Source of the DNA: a bacterium
GTDB lineage: Bacteria; UBA8248
Reading direction: 5' to 3'
DNA: 64,000 nucleotides
Assembly: GCA_965200245.1 (NCBI GenBank)
Contig: CBDATS010000004.1
Span: forward strand, 704,001 to 768,000
Position numbers and translations under genes: made by a program. Below are positions 61,842-64,000 of the stretch, one piece after another. The notes beneath the pieces are model-generated. The model did not search any database. It saw only the letters and a list, made by a program, of their open reading frames with translations, and was not told the DNA's origin. Position 1 is the first letter of the stretch. Every line of letters starts with the position of its first letter.

Positions 61842-63746
61842 TCATCGCGCCGTGAGATACAGAAGAATCGCCAGTGCGCCGACCAGCATCGAAACGGCGT
61901 AGCTCTTCACGTAGCCTGTCTGGAGACGCCTCAGGACACCGCCCAGCGAGCGCACAAAAAAGCCCATCCCGTTCACGGCCGCATCCACCATGCCATCCTC
62001 GAACACTCTCCAGCACCAGATCGATGCCCGCTTCACCGGCTGGACGATCACGGCGTCGTATATCTCGTCCACGTAATACCTGTTCACCAGGAGGTCGCGG
62101 ACGCCCGGCCAGAGTTCCGCGTAGGAACCATGGCCGTCCTGTTTGCGCACGTATAGATTGTAGGCCGCATAGATGCCGAAGAAGGCGATGGCGAGCGAGA
62201 AGAGCATCATCAAAACCTCGAACACCACCTCGTGGTGCGCTTCGGCGTGTCCGCCGAAAACGGGCGCGAGAAAATCGCCAAAAACGTTCGCGCCGGCGAA
62301 AACGGGAATCCCCACCCAGCCGCCGACGAGGGAGAGTGCCGCCAGCACCTGGAGCGGCAGCGTCATGTTCACGGGGGATTCATGGACTTTCTGCTGTTCC
62401 GCCAGGCTCAGGTTACACGCGCCAAAGAATACCCGGAACAGGAGCCTGAACATGTAGAACGCAGTCATCAGCGCACCGGCCGCCCCTGCAAGCCAAAGGA
62501 GAAGGCCACCGCGTTCCGCCGTCATGGCAGCGTAGAGAATCGCGTCCTTGCTGAAAAAACCCGCGAAGGGGAATATCCCCGCAATGGCGAGCGAGCCGAT
62601 AATGAAGGTGCTGCTCGTTTGCGGAAGCGCAGCCCGGAGTCCTCCCATCCTGCGGATGTCCTGCTCGCCGCCGAGCGCGTGAATCACGCTTCCCGCGCCC
62701 AGGAACAGGAGCGCCTTGAAGAACGCATGGGTCATGAGATGGAAGATCGCCGCGGAGAACGCCCCCACGCCGCACGCAAGAAACATATAGCCCAGCTGGC
62801 TCACCGTGCTGTAGGCGAGCACCTTCTTGATGTCGGTCTGCACAACGGCGATGGAAGCCGCCATCAACAGCGTGGCCGCGCCGATTACAGCCACGACCAG
62901 CATCGCTGCAGAAGAGAGTTCGAACAGAACGTGTGTTCTCGCCACCATGTAGACACCCGCCGTCACCATCGTGGCCGCGTGTATCAGGGCGCTGACGGGG
63001 GTGGGACCCTCCATCGCGTCGGGCAGCCAGACGTAGAGCGGAATCTGCGCGCTCTTGCCCGTCGCCCCCGCGAAGAGCAGCAGACAGATGATCGTCGCGG
63101 CAGTACTCTCGGGGCCGAGCAACTCGGGTGCCTTCGAGAGCACCACCTGGAAATCCAGCGAGCCCACGATGCTGTAGATGTAGAAAAGCGCTATCAGGAA
63201 GCAGAAATCGCCGACCCGGTTCACGATGAAAGCCTTCTTGCCCGCTTCGGCCGCCGCCTTCCGCTCGTACCAGAAGCCGATGAGCAGGTAGCTGCAAAGA
63301 CCCACTGCCTCCCATCCCACGAACATGACCACGAAGTTGTCGCCCAGCACGAGCGTGAGCATCGACAGCGAGAAGAGGTTCAGGTAGATGAAATAGCGGA
63401 CCACGCCCCTGTCACCGTGCATGTAGCCCATCGAGTAGAGATGGATGAGCGTCCCCACGCCGGTCACGACGAGCACCATGACGGCCGAGACAGGATCGAG
63501 CGCGAAGGCAGCCTCGACCTTGAAGGTGCCCACCGGAATCCATTCGAACAGGGCGACGCGGATGACGCGTTCCTTTTCGGGCATCCCGAGCAAGCGCAGC
63601 CAGCTTGCGAGCGAGACCGCGAAGGAGAACGCCATCGCCGCCGTCGCGGTCCAGCCGGCGAATTTTTCCCCGCGCCTCCAGCCCAGGATCAGGTTCACCA
63701 GCACACCGATGAGCGGGAACACCAATATGAGGGTCAAGCTATCCAT
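61842..63746 (-). CDS. nuoL: NADH-quinone oxidoreductase subunit L (second paralog)
   Basis: GKSAQIPLYVWLPDAMEGPTP. Confidence 0.95.
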   Translation of the reverse strand: MDSLTLILVFPLIGVLVNLILGWRRGEKFAGWTATAAMAFSFAVSLASWLRLLGMPEKERVIRVALFEWIPVGTFKVEAAFALDPVSAVMVLVVTGVGTLIHLYSMGYMHGDRGVVRYFIYLNLFSLSMLTLVLGDNFVVMFVGWEAVGLCSYLLIGFWYERKAAAEAGKKAFIVNRVGDFCFLIALFYIYSIVGSLDFQVVLSKAPELLGPESTAATIICLLLFAGATGKSAQIPLYVWLPDAMEGPTPVSALIHAATMVTAGVYMVARTHVLFELSSAAMLVVAVIGAATLLMAASIAVVQTDIKKVLAYSTVSQLGYMFLACGVGAFSAAIFHLMTHAFFKALLFLGAGSVIHALGGEQDIRRMGGLRAALPQTSSTFIIGSLAIAGIFPFAGFFSKDAILYAAMTAERGGLLLWLAGAAGALMTAFYMFRLLFRVFFGACNLSLAEQQKVHESPVNMTLPLQVLAALSLVGGWVGIPVFAGANVFGDFLAPVFGGHAEAHHEVVFEVLMMLFSLAIAFFGIYAAYNLYVRKQDGHGSYAELWPGVRDLLVNRYYVDEIYDAVIVQPVKRASIWCWRVFEDGMVDAAVNGMGFFVRSLGGVLRRLQTGYVKSYAVSMLVGALAILLYLTAR

Positions 63747-63758
63747 GATTCCTTGGCT

Positions 63759-64000
63759 CTATAGCTTCAGCAGATTGATTTCGTCCAAGTCAGTGGACTC
63801 GCGGTTCCGGTAGATCAACACGACGATGGCCAGCCCGATGGCGGCTTCCGCAGCCGCCACCGCCATCACGAAAAACACGACCATCTGGCCCACCATCGAA
63901 TCGAGGTACCGGCCATAGGCCACAAACGCCAGATTCGCTCCATTCATCATCAGTTCGATACACAGGATGACAACGAGAGCGTTCCTGCGCACAACGACAC
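63759..64000 (-). CDS. nuoK: NADH-quinone oxidoreductase subunit K (second paralog, 5' end outside window)
   Basis: RRNAL..CIELMMNG..AAAEAAIGLAI. Confidence 0.9.
   Translation of the reverse strand, partial: VVVRRNALVVILCIELMMNGANLAFVAYGRYLDSMVGQMVVFFVMAVAAAEAAIGLAIVVLIYRNRESTDLDEINLLKL

Noticed and set aside
49238-63813. Long plus-strand ORFs (479, 549, 518, 510 aa and others) over the nuo genes
   Set aside because: Antisense shadows of GC-rich hydrophobic genes; no motifs, and the minus-strand nuo proteins explain the region

Overview
The window has two parts. Bases 1-46874 are an accessory defence-type island abutting the 3' (CCA) end of a tRNA-Phe(GAA) gene (46875-46950, minus strand); an IHF box and arm-type repeats sit at the junction, and the other end and any integrase lie outside the window. 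The island is heavily decayed, with IS1595/IS256/IS1/DUF4338 remnants, broken restriction enzymes (BsuBI/PstI, MvaI/BcnI) and broken TA modules (HipA-like, AbiE, VapBC, ParDE, ShosTA-like). Several modules remain intact. One is a Bub-type bacterial ubiquitin-like operon (Ubl-E2, JAB-E1, DUF6527) transcribed divergently from an ECF sigma factor, its partner gene and a Thr1 proteasome-beta-like Ntn hydrolase; both directions share an ATGTCCG-N18-GCATA promoter motif. Another is a translationally coupled ABC-ATPase(DUF3696)-PIN-RNA ligase operon. Others are OLD-like, RloC-like and ATPase+DUF4276 modules, a Fic protein, a Panacea TA pair, a class 3 lipase and a TbpB-like surface lipoprotein. Bases 47150-64000 are GC-richer core genes: an AIR-synthase-like protein, a HAD hydrolase and two tandem complex I (nuo) operons, the complete one being nuoABCDHJKLMN (no E, F, G or I). 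All family calls come from motif recognition by eye; no database searches were run.
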